A stretch of DNA of 64,000 bases from Bradymonadia bacterium (GCA_046290225.1 JBKAGE010000041.1:1-64000), one strand, 5' to 3'. Shown: positions 10,117 through 21,932, counted from the stretch's first letter. Made by a program: numbers and translations. Notes: generated by a model from the letters alone, not told the origin.

Positions 10117-13100
10117 TCAAGGGGCGAGCTGGAGAGGCAGCGGGTGGGTCACGGTGCTCGAGGTGGGGGTCCACGTCGAGTTCTCCGGGTCTCGGGGTCG
10201 GTAACCCACAATGCGCTCGATGATGGGCCCGCCCTCTGCCGGCTGCGCTCTGGGGTTCACCGGGGTGAAGAGCGTGTGCCCCAAGATCTTGCGCAGGCGC
10301 AAGTCGCCGACGAACGTGCGGTTGTTGGTGATGGTGGACACCAGCTCCACCTCCACCGTGGCTTCCACTCGACCATCGCCGTTCGCGTCGGCCCCTGCGG
10401 GCACCTGGAAGGTGAGGTCGCTTTCGTTGTTGATGAAGAAGTTCACGCCAGAGCCATCCTCGAACCGCAGCCGGGCGAAGAGGTTGTCGAGGGAGGCGGT
10501 GACGTCTTCTTCGAGGGTCACCGTGCCGAACAGATCGATGCCCCAGATGGTGGCCTCGAGGGTGCCGATGCCCATGTCGAAGATCTGGCGGTTACCGATC
10601 ATGTTCGTCGGGGGGCCTCTGCGCTGGCGCATGTTGCCTGTGGGGTTCCCCGGGGCGGTGACGATGAGGGCGGGGATCCCCAGGCGCTGCATGGCCAGAT
10701 CGGCGTAGCTGTCCCACGGCACCCGCTCGTCGATGAGGACGGTGCGCCACGCGGGGCCCGTACCGCGATAGGTGCGCTTGTCGGCGCTCGCCACGCCCGT
10801 GACCGTTTCGCCGCGGTCGTAGAAGGTGCGCTCGAAGACCGGTCGCACCGAGAACGGCCCCTCGTTGCCTTCCTGGCAGAGCCCCACGCAGGAAGTGAAG
10901 CGGGCGGCGAAGTTGTTCAGTACCAGGCTGGCTCTCAGGAAATACTCCGGCAGGATCGCAGACATGACGCCACCGTCGAGCGCGGTGAAGTTGCTGCTCA
11001 CCCGGATGTTCCGGCCCGGGACGATGCGATCGGGGATGGTGATGTTGATCTCCACGGGCCAGGTCATGCCCAGGCTGCCGGAGTCGTAGTAGCCCTCGAG
11101 GCCGAAGTCCACAGAGCCCGTGGCAGAGACCGTGGCCCGGATGGGGCCGGTGTTGATGCCGAAGTCCTGGTCGCGACCGGTGATCGAGAGGCCACTGAGG
11201 GGGAACCGCAAGCGTTCTTGGGCTTGGGGTCCGGCGAGGCCCTGGTAGCGCACGAAGTAGGTGTGCCGGAACGTCGTCGTCAGCGACTCCAGGTCGCCCA
11301 CCGTCACGGTGAGATCCAGCGCCGTGGCGTTGCCTGCGGGATCAGTAGCCGTGAGCACCATGTCGATGGTGGGAGTGCGCTCGAAGTCCAGCGCCTCGCC
11401 GTTGATCAGTCGCACAGTGCCGTCTTCGAGCAGTTCGAACTGACCCGAAGGGTCGCTCAGGGTGAGCGTGGGGGTCAGACCTTCGGGGTCTGTCGCCACG
11501 TAGCGATGCAGCACCCGCCCCTGCTCCACGGCTTCTTGCACCGTGAAGGCCGTGGGCGTGCCCATGGGGAAGAACGGCGGCTCGTCGACGTTGCTCACCC
11601 GCACCGTGAGCGTGCGCTCGGTGGCGATGTTGTCGTTGTTGGTGATGATCGCCCGCACATCGAAGATCGGGTTCTGCTCGAAGTTGGGCGATCCCCCGGG
11701 GGCGACGCGCACCACGCCGTTGCCGTCGACGGTGAGGGTGTTGGAGGCGTCGATCAGCTGGTAGCTGGCGATGCCGGCGATGTCAGAGGCCTGCAGATCG
11801 CCCACTGGATCGCTCTCGAGCAAGGTGAGGCCCTGGGTCTCGATGGTGGGGGCGAGCAGCACGTTGGCGTCGCCGCGGACCATCAGCTTCACCGGGCCGT
11901 CGTCGAAGCGACGCCAGACCAGGCCGTCCACCGTGGTGAGGGGGCCCACGACCCAGCCGGAGCCGCTGGCGACGACGGTGTCTTCAGCGTTGCCGGTGAC
12001 CCACAGAGTGCGGGCACCGCCGGTGTTGCGCATGATGCGTGGGGCGTCCACGACCAGGCGATCTGCACCGGCGGCGGTGAGGTCGATGCGCTCGATGTTG
12101 CGCACCCTGCCGTTGAGCTGGGTGAGATCGAGGGCGATCCCGCCGGCGCTGCGCAAGGTGTCGAGGCCGGGGCCGCCGTCGACACGGCGGAAGGCGGTGT
12201 CGCTGATGATGATGGTGTCTTCACCGCGGCCGCCGTTGATGGCGTCGTCGCCGCCCTGGCCATCGATGGTGTCGTCGCCTCCCTGGCCGACGATCACATC
12301 GGCGCCGGCGGTGCCCGTGAGGGTCTCTGCAGAGGCGCTCCCGCGTACGGTGACGTCGCCGCGATCGTCGCGACCGAAGTAGACCATGACCGCGCCGCCC
12401 TCGGCTCGGGCGGGGGCGCCGACCACGATGTCGGCGAGGCCGTCGCCGTTGACGTCGCCCACGTCGACCGAATGGCCGAAGCGGCTCGCAGACCAGGGGC
12501 CGTCGAGGGTGAAGCCCTCACCGGCGTTGACGAGATCGTTCCACAAGGGGGTGGGGGCGTCGGGGCGGCCGTAGACCACGATGACCTGACCCTGGCTGTT
12601 GTTCCACTCGGGGTGACCCACCACGATGTCGTCGTAGCCGTCGCCGTTGATGTCGCCCATGGCCCCCTGGAACGTCCGCGGCCCTGGGATCGCGTCGATG
12701 GCGAAGCCCCCGTTGCCCGCCACCAGCTGGTTGATGCTGGGCAGGGCGCGATCTGCGCGGCCGAAGAGGCCCACCAGCTCGGTTTGGCCGTTGGGCCGCA
12801 GGGTGGAGTAGATCAGATCGTCGAGGCCGTCGCCGTTGAAGTCGCCTCCACTCGCCGCCATGTTCCGCGCCTGTGAGCGACCCTCCGCGAGCTGGTTCAC
12901 CGCGGTGTACGACGGGATGAAGTTGGCGCCGAAGGGCACGCTGGTCTCCCGGCCGTCGGTGAGATCGATGCGGCGGGTGCTCTCACGGCCCCAGATGACG
13001 TAGCTGGTGGTCGAAGGCCAGTACGAGGTGGGGTTGAGCCACAAATCGCCCAGACCGTCGCCGTCGAGATCGCCCCCGTCGCCGAAGTACTGCCCCCACT

Positions 13101-16100
13101 CGGTGGTGAAGCCGTCGAAGCGGGTCGGGGGCAGGGTGAAGTCGACGACTCGGCCCTGCTGGAGCGAGGCTGTGTCGGAGATGTCCACCTGACCGATGCT
13201 GGTGCCTCCGGGCAGGATGTACATGTTCCCGTCCAGGTTGGCGCCCTGCCTCGGGGCGCTGGCGACGAGATCGTCGTAGCCGTCGCCGTTGAAGTCCTGC
13301 ACCAACACCATCCGAGCGCCGAGGGTGTCGCCGGCGTTGGGGCGCGTGCGGCCGGTGCCGCCGATGAGCGTGTCCACCGAGGCGTCCATGCGCTGGAGCC
13401 CGCTCGCCGAGGCCCCGGAGATCATGTAGGCGCGGCCGGCGATGGGATCACCGGCGGTGCTCAGGGCCGCGGGGGCGCCCACGGCGAAGTCGGGCACCGC
13501 GTCGTCGTCGAAGAATCGCGTCCGTCGAGTCACCGAGAAGCCGAAGACGTCGCCGAGAGGCTGGGTGTCGAGACCTCCGACAGCCAAGACTGAGAGTACG
13601 TTGCCGTATCGTTGTACTGCCCGGCCACCAGACTCGCCGTGGAGCGTGAACAGCGCCGCGGTGTCGATCTGCTGATCAGCGACGTCGCGCTTGCCTCCGA
13701 CGGCGTAGACCTGACCTGCCTGAGCGGTCTCGGGGTTCGGCGAGGCGTTGGGCGCTCCGATGAGGATGTCGTTGAAGTCGTCGCCACTGAGATCGGCAGA
13801 GACCGAGACCTGGGCGCCCATGGCGTCACCGGGCTCGGTGCTGAGGATCGTGTACTGCCCGGCGGTCATCTGTACCGGCGCGCTGGCGAGGAAGGATCCC
13901 AGACGCCCCGCGGGGCTCACGGCGGCCACGTGGCATTCCACGGCGTCGCCCTCGGCGAGAGCCCCCGTGGGGTAGACCGAGCCCGTCCGAGCAGGGTCGA
14001 GCGTGCCGTTGACGTACCACGCGTAGGCGATCTGAGTGTCGCCGCCGCAGTTGGTGGGCTGCGGCGTGGCGGTGCAGCGGATGCCCTCGCCGACGACAGG
14101 CTGATCGGGGCCCACGGTGAGATCAGCGGCGCTGGCCACGCCGTCGAGCACCGTAAAGGGCAGCGAGCGGACCTCCCAGGTGTTGCCCATGGGGCCCACA
14201 GTGGCGATGCACTGGATTACGTCGTCCACGGCGAGGCCGCCCTGCAACGTCTCCGCGGCGCCATTCACGGGCTGGCCGTTCAGCTCCCAGCGGTAGCTCG
14301 CCGGCAGCGGGTTCGCCGGATCGATGATGTCGAGGCCGGTGGCGGCGCACGTGAAGGGATCGCAGAAGGTACCCTGAGGCGTGGTGATGTTGGCCTCGAT
14401 GCCCTCAGCGATGTATCGAGCGGCGCCGGGCAGGTCGACGAAGCCGCCGTCGGGGTTCACCACCCGAAGATCGATGGGCCCGGGGCCGGCGGTGCTCGCC
14501 GGCGGGGTCACGTGCAGCTGGGTGGCGTTCACGCGTGTGGTGGCCACCTCGGCGCCGTTCACCAACACCTGCACGCCCACCTGGAAGTTGCTGCCGTCGA
14601 GGGTGAGCTCCACCCCGCCGAGGAAGGTCACCTCAGTGGGGGCCACGGCGTCGAGGGCCGGGGACAGCACATAGCAGGTGCCACCGCGACAATCGAAGGC
14701 GGCGCAGTCGCTGTTGACGGCGCAGGCCCGGTTGGCCAGACAGCCGGCACAGATGCCGCCGCAGTCCACGTCGGCCTCGCCGTCGTCTTGCACGCCGTTG
14801 CGGCAGGGGTGCTGGCTGCAGATGTTGCCCAGGCACAGCCCCTCTGCGCAGTCGCCGTCTCGGCGACAGCCGCCGTCGATGGGGCACGCCGCGCAGATGC
14901 CGCCGCCGCAGTCGGTGCCCGTCTCGACACCGTTCTGCACACCGTCGTCACAGGCTGCAGCGACACACACATTGCCCGCGCACAGCCGGTTGATGCAGTC
15001 GCCGTTGCCGGCGCAGGCGAGACCATCCATACAGGGCCCGCAGCTGCCGCCACAGTCGACGCTGGTCTCGTCGCCGTTCTGCACGAGATCGTTGCACGCC
15101 GCCGGCACGCAGATGCCGTCGCCGCAGACGCCGTTGATGCAATCATCGGCGACGGCGCAGCGGCGCCCGTTCAGGCAGGGGCCGCAGGGGCCGCCACAGT
15201 CCACGTCGGTCTCGACGCCGTTCTGTACCCCGTCATCGCAGGCAGGCACGGCGCAGCGACCGGCGACGCAGCGGTTGCTGGCGCAGTCGCTGGCGATGCG
15301 GCACTGGGCGGCGTTGGGGCAGGGTCCGCAGCTGCCACCACAGTCGGTGTCGGTCTCGTCGCCGTTGGCGATGCGATCGTTACAGGCCGAAGCGGCGCAA
15401 CGGCCGGCGCGGCAGGCTGAAGTGATGCAGTCGCTGGCGATGGTGCACAGATCGCCCACGCCACATGCGGGGCAATTGCCGCCGCCGCAGTCCACGGCGG
15501 TCTCGGTGCCATTGCGTACGCCGTCGTCACAGGTGGCGGCGCTGCAGTGGTTGTTGGTGCAGATGCCTTCGACGCAGTCACCGCCCACGGTGCAGAGGCT
15601 GCCCGTGGGGCACGCGTTGGGACAGTCACCGCCGCAGTCCACGGCGGTCTCGGCGCCATTCTGCACGCCGTCGACGCAGGTGGCTGCGGTGCACGCGCCG
15701 TCGGTGCAGACACCGGACTCACAGTCACCAGGCAAGGTGCAGAGGCGGCCATCAGGGCAGGCCGGACACAGCCCGCCGCAGTCTGCAGCGGTCTCGGCGC
15801 CATTCTGTACGAGATCAGCACAGGTGGGGGCGGCGCAGCGGCCGTCGGCACACACCCGGCTGCGGCAATCAGTGCCCTCGCTACAGGTGCCGCCGTCGGC
15901 GCAAGCAGCACAGTCGGGGCCACCGCAGTCGAGACCGGTCTCGGTGCCGTTGCGCACGCCGTCGTTGCATGCAGAGGCAGCACAGACATCACCGCTGCAC
16001 ACACCAGAGGCGCAGTCGGCTCCCCGAGCACATGCCGATGCGTCGGGGCAGGGGCCACAGGGGCCGCCACAGTCCACGGCGGTCTCTCCACCATTGCGCA

Positions 16101-18385
16101 CGCCGTCGTCACAGGCCGGTGGAGCGCAGCGGTTGTCGGTGCAGATGGCGCTCAGGCAGTCACCGTCGGCCTGGCACGTCACGCCGTCGGCGCACGTGGG
16201 GCAGTCGCCGCCGCAGTCGACACCGGTCTCGGTGCCGTTGCGCACACCATCGCCGCAGGTGGGCGCTGCACAGGTGAGGGCCTCGCAGACACCGCTGCCG
16301 CAGTCACTGGGCCCCAGACAGGGGCGACCCACAGGGCAGGGCCCACAGGGGCCGCCGCAGTCGATGCCCTGCTCGCCGCCATTGCGCAGGCCGTCGTTGC
16401 AGGTGGGCTCGACACAGCGGCCTCCGGTGCAGACGCCGCTGAGGCAGTCGTCGCCGGCGATGCAAGTTGAGGCGTCTGGGCAAACGGGGCATTGGGCACC
16501 GCCGCAGTCCGCGGCGGTTTCGGCGCCGTTGCGCAGGCCATCGTCACAGGCGGCAGGTGCACATGCGCTGTCGGCGCAGACGCCGCTGAGGCAGTCCGCC
16601 CCGGCGCGGCACTGGATGCCGTCGAGGCAAGGGGCGCAGGGGCCGCCACAATCGACACCGGTTTCCAGACCATTCTGCAGGCCGTCAGCGCAGCCCGAGG
16701 GGGCACAGCGGCCGCCAGCGCAGATGCCGCTCAAGCAGTCAGCGGCGGCGTTGCAGATCGTGCCGTCGGCACAGGCGGGGCATTCGCCGCCGCAGTCGAT
16801 GCCTGCCTCAGCGCCGTTGTGGCGACCATCGAGGCAGGTGGGGGCGGCGCAGAGGCCGTTGACGCAGGCGTCGGTGACACAGTCGTCGTCGTTCACACAG
16901 CCGGTGCCCTCAGGGCAGACTGGGCAACGACCACCACAGTCGACGCCGGTCTCGAGACCGTTCTGAGCACGATCGAGGCAGTTGGCCGGGGCGCAGATCC
17001 CCGCCTCGCAGACCCCGCTGTCGCACTCCGTGGCGTGGCGGCAGGGACGCCCCACCGGGCAGGGACCACAGTCACCGCCGCAGTCCACCCAGGTCTCGAT
17101 GCCATTCTGCCGGCCGTCTTCGCACGTATGTGCGGCGCAGCGGCCATCTACACAACGGCTGCTGCGGCAGTCGGCGTCACCGAGGCACACGAGGCCCGCG
17201 CCGCAGGGCGCGCAGAGGCCACCACAGTCCACGTCGGTCTCGCCCTCGTTGAGCAGGCCGTCGACACAGCTCGACTCACGGCAGGCGCCAGCATCACAGA
17301 CGCCGCTGAAGCAGTCGCCGGGCTGGGCGCAGCCGCGGCCCTCGTCACAGGGGCCGCAGTCTGGTCCACCGCAGTCCACCCAGGTCTCCTGGCCATTCTC
17401 CACCCCATCGTTGCAAGTGGGCGGCGCGCAGTGGTTGCCCAGGCAGAGGCGGTCGACACAGTCAGCGTTGGCCCGACACACAAGGCCTTCGAAGCACGGA
17501 TCGCAGCGACCGCCGCAGTCCACGTCGGTCTCGGTGCCGTTGAAGCGCTGATCGTCACATGCGGCGGGCTGGCAGATGCCGCTCTGGCATACCCGATCGA
17601 CACAGTCGTCGTCGTTGCTGCAGACCAGGCCAGCGTCACAGGGCTCACAGCTGCCGCCGCAGTCGACGTCGGTCTCATCGCCGTTGTGGTGATCGTCGTC
17701 ACAGCTGGCGGTGGCGCAGCGGCCGCCATCGCACACCACACTCTGGCAGTCGCGGCGGGCGATGCAGTGGCGTCCGTCAGAGCAGGGGCTACAGGGGCCG
17801 CCGCAGTCGACGTCGGTCTCTCCACCGTTGCGGATCTGATCAGCGCAGGTGGCCTGGACGCACATGCCCTCGGCGCAGAGCATGCTCTCGCAGTCGGCGT
17901 TGCCCCTGCAGGCGTCTCCGGTCACTCCGGTGCCCGTGCAGGCGGGGCAGCCACCGCCGCAGTCGAGGCCGGTCTCGTCGCCGTTGAGCTGACCATCGAC
18001 GCAGCTTGGCGGCACACAGCGACCGTCATTGCACTGGCCGTCGGCGCAGTCTTAGGCAGCGGCGCAGCGCAGGCCGCTCGGGCAAGGCGCACAGCTGCCC
18101 CCGCAGTCGACGTCGGTCTCGTCGCCGTTGCCTACGCCATCATCACAGGCTGGGGCGGCACAGGTGCCCCCACTGCACACCCCCCCCGAGACAATCCGCC
18201 GGGGCCACGCAGGCCTCGCCCTCTGCGCAGGCGCCACACGGGCCGCCGCAGTCGGTGCCGGTTTCGTTGCCGTTGCGCTGCCCATCGTCGCACGTGGGCA
18301 GCGCGGCATCGGGGGTGGCTGTGTTGTTGTCTGCATCATCACAGCCTCAGAACAGCAGGAGCAGGAGTGGCCACAGTCTCTTCAT
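10117..18385 (-). pseudogene. Giant adhesin-like lipoprotein, copy A (Cys-rich repeats, IPT/Ig, FG-GAP propeller, RTX, cadherin, C-terminal domain); 5' end disrupted, 10117-18015 intact
   Basis: ATG at 18385 gives [16 protein letters not shown] (paralog [17 protein letters not shown]); TGA 18347-18349, frameshift in the C8 run at 18180-18187, TAA 18052-18054; then an uninterrupted 2632-aa ORF. Confidence 0.8.
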
Positions 18386-18542
18386 CGAGGTTCCCTCTGG
18401 CGTTCGACGCCGTACGTCCGCCCGAAGCTGCTCGGGCAGCTTGTGGGACACCGCTCGGCTCGGCGGTGGCAAACGTCACATCATTTTTTCTGTGCAGAAG
18501 TGGGAATGCCCCGTTTTGGGCCGGCTGTCGAGGTTGGCATCG

Positions 18543-19101
18543 AGCTCTCTGTGTCTGGGCGATGAGGTAGGCTGTGGCTGGGCCTTTGTAGGCAGTCGTC
18601 GCTGCGCTCCGCCTGCGTAGGCAGCTCTGTCGGCCGGCCTTCGGCCCGCCTTGGAGCTGCGTACACGTCGGTACACTCGCTGGCGCGAGCAGGCCTCCGG
18701 GTAGGCAGGGTCGCTCAGGGCTTCGCCCTGTTTGCTCGCTCCCCTGCGTAAAAAGTCAGTTCTGGTGTGACTTTGAGGGCACCCCCAATACTGTTGGGGC
18801 TTTCGCCGAGCCTTGGGACACAGGAGCTTACAGGTTCGCGGTAGGTCGAATCCCGGGGGGGTTCAGCAACAAGAAACAGAAGAAGCTCTTTACGCAGGGG
18901 AGCGAGCAAACAGGGCGAAGCCCTGAGCGACCCTGCCTACCCGGAGGCCTGCTCGCGCCAGCGAGTACGTCGACGTGTACGCGCCAGACGAGGCGCATCG
19001 AAGATGTGCCGAAGGCCCGGCGCCTACGCAGGCAGAGCGAAGCGATGACTGCCTACAAAGGCCCAGCCACAGCCTACCTCATCGCCCAGACACAGAGAGC
19101 T
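18543..19101. repeat. ~560-bp palindromic element (~210-bp imperfect inverted arms, ~135-bp spacer)
   Basis: AGCTCTCTGTGTCTGGGCGATGAGGTAGGCTGTGGCTGGGCCTTTGTAGGCAGTC at 18543 is mirrored ending at 19101; inner arms 18661-18752 and 18889-18980 are also near-perfect. Confidence 0.85.
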
Positions 19102-19106
19102 GAGTG

Positions 19107-21824
19107 TCAGCGGAAGCTGTCAGGCTCGAGGTAGAGGGCAGAGATCTCTTCAGGGCTCAGAGCGCGGTTGTAGACCCGCACGTCGTCCATCAGCCCCGGG
19201 AAGCCGCTGAACTCGTCCGCCCTGGAGTCGTTGCACTGGTCACCGTCAGGGAAGGCCCCAGCGTAGATGCGGCAGCCATTGTCCACGATGAGGCCCGGCA
19301 TGTTCGCCGAGGCCACGCTCTCGCCGTTGCGGTAGAGGGTCAGCTGGGTCGAGCCGTCCATGGGCAGGGCTACGCCCACATAGTGCGTCCACTCGTTGTC
19401 GGCGTGGGTGCCCATGTCCCGAGCTTCAGCACCATCAGGCTGGAGCCCATCGAGGCGACCGAAGGCCACCTTGTTGCTCGTGGCGAAGTAGAGGTTGAAG
19501 CCGTTGCCCTTGCCCAGAATCCGCTCTCCGTTGCCTCGGGAGTCAGCGGAGATCCAGACCGAGAAGGTAAAGGCGTTGCCCAGGTTCACGTTGCGCACCG
19601 ACACCAGGCCCAGGTTGTCTGCTTCGTTGTTGTTGAGCAGATCGCCAGCGCGCTCGCCGCGGCCGAAGCGGTCAGTGCCGAAGGCCGGGTTGTCGTACTC
19701 CCCGTCGTTGTTGGCGTTGCTGGCGTCTTCCATGGTTTGGCCGTTCACGCTCTGCCGATCGAAGGTGTAGTGCAGCAGCAGATCTTGAGTCGGCACCTGT
19801 GGCTCGAACGTGCGGATCGTCGGCTCCGAGGCGAGGGCGCCGTCCCAGGCCATGACCTCGATGGAGAACGTCTCAGAGCGGTTGTAGACGTGCTCCACGG
19901 TGACCTGGTTCATGCCCTCCTCGAGGAGCACCACCTCGTCTCTGCCATCACCCCAGTTGATGCGGACCTCTTCCACGCGGTCACCAATGTTGGCGTTGGG
20001 ATCGTCCACAGTCACCGTCAGGATCGCCGCCACCCCGCGGCTGTCGATGCGCAGGTCGGTGATCTCCGGGGCCAGGTTGAGCGCGCCGTCGGTGGGATCA
20101 GTGCCCGCCTCGAACTCGTCGCAGTCGCTGACGGTGTCGCCGTCGGTGTCGATCGCCAGGGGGCTGGGGAACACGCGGCGCTCTTCGCCGGTCTCTTCGT
20201 CGGTGATGATCCAGCCACCGGCCTCCAGTGAGTCGGAGCAGCCATCACCGTCGGTGTCGGGGTTCTCGGGATCAGTGCCATAGAGGAATTCGGCGCGGTC
20301 GCCGAGGCCATCGCGATCCATGTCCTCGATGTAGACGAGGTGCAGGATGTGGCCCGACTTGAGCACCAGGCCGTCGAAGTCGAAGTCCTCGACGATGGGG
20401 TTGTAGTAGTCGGTCTCGGTGCCAGCGCCCGCTTCGGTGGGGTAGGTGTGGGCCACGATCCAGTATGCGCTGCCAGGATCGTTCATCTCGACCCCGCGCA
20501 CTGCGGTGACGCCGGTGAAGCTGTCGGTGGGGGCATCGTTGGTGTCAAAGCGCCATGGACTGGTGCCGGTGGTGTAGGGCACCCGCAAGATGTCGGTGAG
20601 CACCTGCTGCGCCGTCACCCCCTGGCGATCGTCACCGAGGGCCGTGGCCACGCGGTAGCTCTCCTGGGCTCGGTTCTGACCGAAATCGAGGATGACCTGA
20701 GCGGTGCGGGCGTTGATGTTGGTGGCTTCGAGCTCGAAAGAGCGCCCATCCTGGTCGAGCACCACGCCCGTGGCCGGGGCCACCACCACGTTGCGAGAGT
20801 CAGCGAGCACATCTTTGATGGTGGGCAGGTCGACCTCGGCGGCAAAGTTCAAAGGCGCCGTGGTGTCACCGGGCAGCACCACCGTCCGGGGGAAGAGATC
20901 AGCGCCGCTGTAGAAGAGGTTGCCGATCGACCCGAGTTCGAGGGGGTTGCTGGGGTCGAGGTTGAAGGCCGAGAGGGTCAGATCTTCGAGCAGGAAGGCG
21001 ATGTGACCCGTGTTCTCCACCACGACGGTGGTGGCCACGGCCCCGCCGGTGATCTCCACCGACTCGCTCTCTTCGGTCTGCTCGATTCGGGCCAGCGCGT
21101 TGGTGTTCTCGCGGCTCTGATCCTGGTTCCAGTTGGTGCTGGTCTCATTGGTGGTCGAATGACTGAACTCGTAGCTCAGGCTCGCGCTGGCGGTGGTGCC
21201 ACCGGTGAGCCCGAACTCGTGCTCCACGCTGATTTCGACGCCGGTGGTGTGGGTCATTTCGACCGAGTGGGACTGGCTGCCGCCCCAGCTGCGGGTGGTG
21301 CCCTGGGTGATGCTCTGCTCGTGCTCGGTGCCTACAGTACGACCCGTCTGATTGCCCTCGGAGTACACCATGTAGAACTGCGGCGTGCTCGTGAGCCGAA
21401 TCTCGTACTGGGGCACGTCGGCGATGCGCGGGTTGAACTGGAAGTTGTTGTTCTCGGGATCGAAGGCTTTTTCGACCACCTCGTTGAAGTCATCAAAACC
21501 GTCGCCATCAGTGTCGGCTACGAGAGGGTTGGTGCCGTGCTGGTTGATCTCGTCTACGTCGGTGAGGCCATCACCATCGGTGTCGAGATCAGGGTCGATC
21601 ATGCCCCCGGCACCACCTTCACCAGCACCACCGGCCTCGCCGCCCGCGCCACCCATCATCTCACCACCAGCGCCACCGCCGGCGCCCCCGGCCATGCCGC
21701 CTGCGCCACCGGCCATGCCGCCGGTGTTGCCGCCCGGGTCGGAAGAGCTGTCGTCTCCACAGGCGCTCAGGCCCATGGTCATTGCGATGCCGGCGAGAAG
21801 AGTGTGGGTGGTCCTGGTATGCAT
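19107..21824 (-). CDS. Lipoprotein with anthrax PA/binary toxin B-like core, PKD and LamG domains (copy 2)
   Basis: Close full-length paralog of 4088-6835 with the same motifs. Confidence 0.8.
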   Translation of the reverse strand: MHTRTTHTLLAGIAMTMGLSACGDDSSSDPGGNTGGMAGGAGGMAGGAGGGAGGEMMGGAGGEAGGAGEGGAGGMIDPDLDTDGDGLTDVDEINQHGTNPLVADTDGDGFDDFNEVVEKAFDPENNNFQFNPRIADVPQYEIRLTSTPQFYMVYSEGNQTGRTVGTEHEQSITQGTTRSWGGSQSHSVEMTHTTGVEISVEHEFGLTGGTTASASLSYEFSHSTTNETSTNWNQDQSRENTNALARIEQTEESESVEITGGAVATTVVVENTGHIAFLLEDLTLSAFNLDPSNPLELGSIGNLFYSGADLFPRTVVLPGDTTAPLNFAAEVDLPTIKDVLADSRNVVVAPATGVVLDQDGRSFELEATNINARTAQVILDFGQNRAQESYRVATALGDDRQGVTAQQVLTDILRVPYTTGTSPWRFDTNDAPTDSFTGVTAVRGVEMNDPGSAYWIVAHTYPTEAGAGTETDYYNPIVEDFDFDGLVLKSGHILHLVYIEDMDRDGLGDRAEFLYGTDPENPDTDGDGCSDSLEAGGWIITDEETGEERRVFPSPLAIDTDGDTVSDCDEFEAGTDPTDGALNLAPEITDLRIDSRGVAAILTVTVDDPNANIGDRVEEVRINWGDGRDEVVLLEEGMNQVTVEHVYNRSETFSIEVMAWDGALASEPTIRTFEPQVPTQDLLLHYTFDRQSVNGQTMEDASNANNDGEYDNPAFGTDRFGRGERAGDLLNNNEADNLGLVSVRNVNLGNAFTFSVWISADSRGNGERILGKGNGFNLYFATSNKVAFGRLDGLQPDGAEARDMGTHADNEWTHYVGVALPMDGSTQLTLYRNGESVASANMPGLIVDNGCRIYAGAFPDGDQCNDSRADEFSGFPGLMDDVRVYNRALSPEEISALYLEPDSFR

Positions 21825-21915
21825 GTGAGCCTTTCTGCGGAGCGTATTGCGGAGTTCGAGACCGGCTGGCGCATCATGTGTCGGGGTGATGTGTCAGCGT
21901 ACACAATAGGCCTTT

Positions 21916-21932
21916 GGCGAAAGTCATGCCAA
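21916..21932 (-). promoter_or_regulatory. Putative sigma54 -24/-12 promoter
   Basis: Minus strand TTGGCATGACTTTCGCC = GG-N10-GC. Confidence 0.65.

Noticed and set aside
18347..18349. TGA-to-Trp or Sec recoding
   Set aside because: TGA is the normal stop of many genes here (rpoD, dnaG, smpB, metZ), and the same 5' region also has a TAA and a frameshift
10144..18570. Long plus-strand ORFs (e.g. 910, 762, 692 aa) and similar antisense ORFs across the window
   Set aside because: Shadow frames of GC-rich, repeat-rich genes on the opposite strand; no motifs of their own
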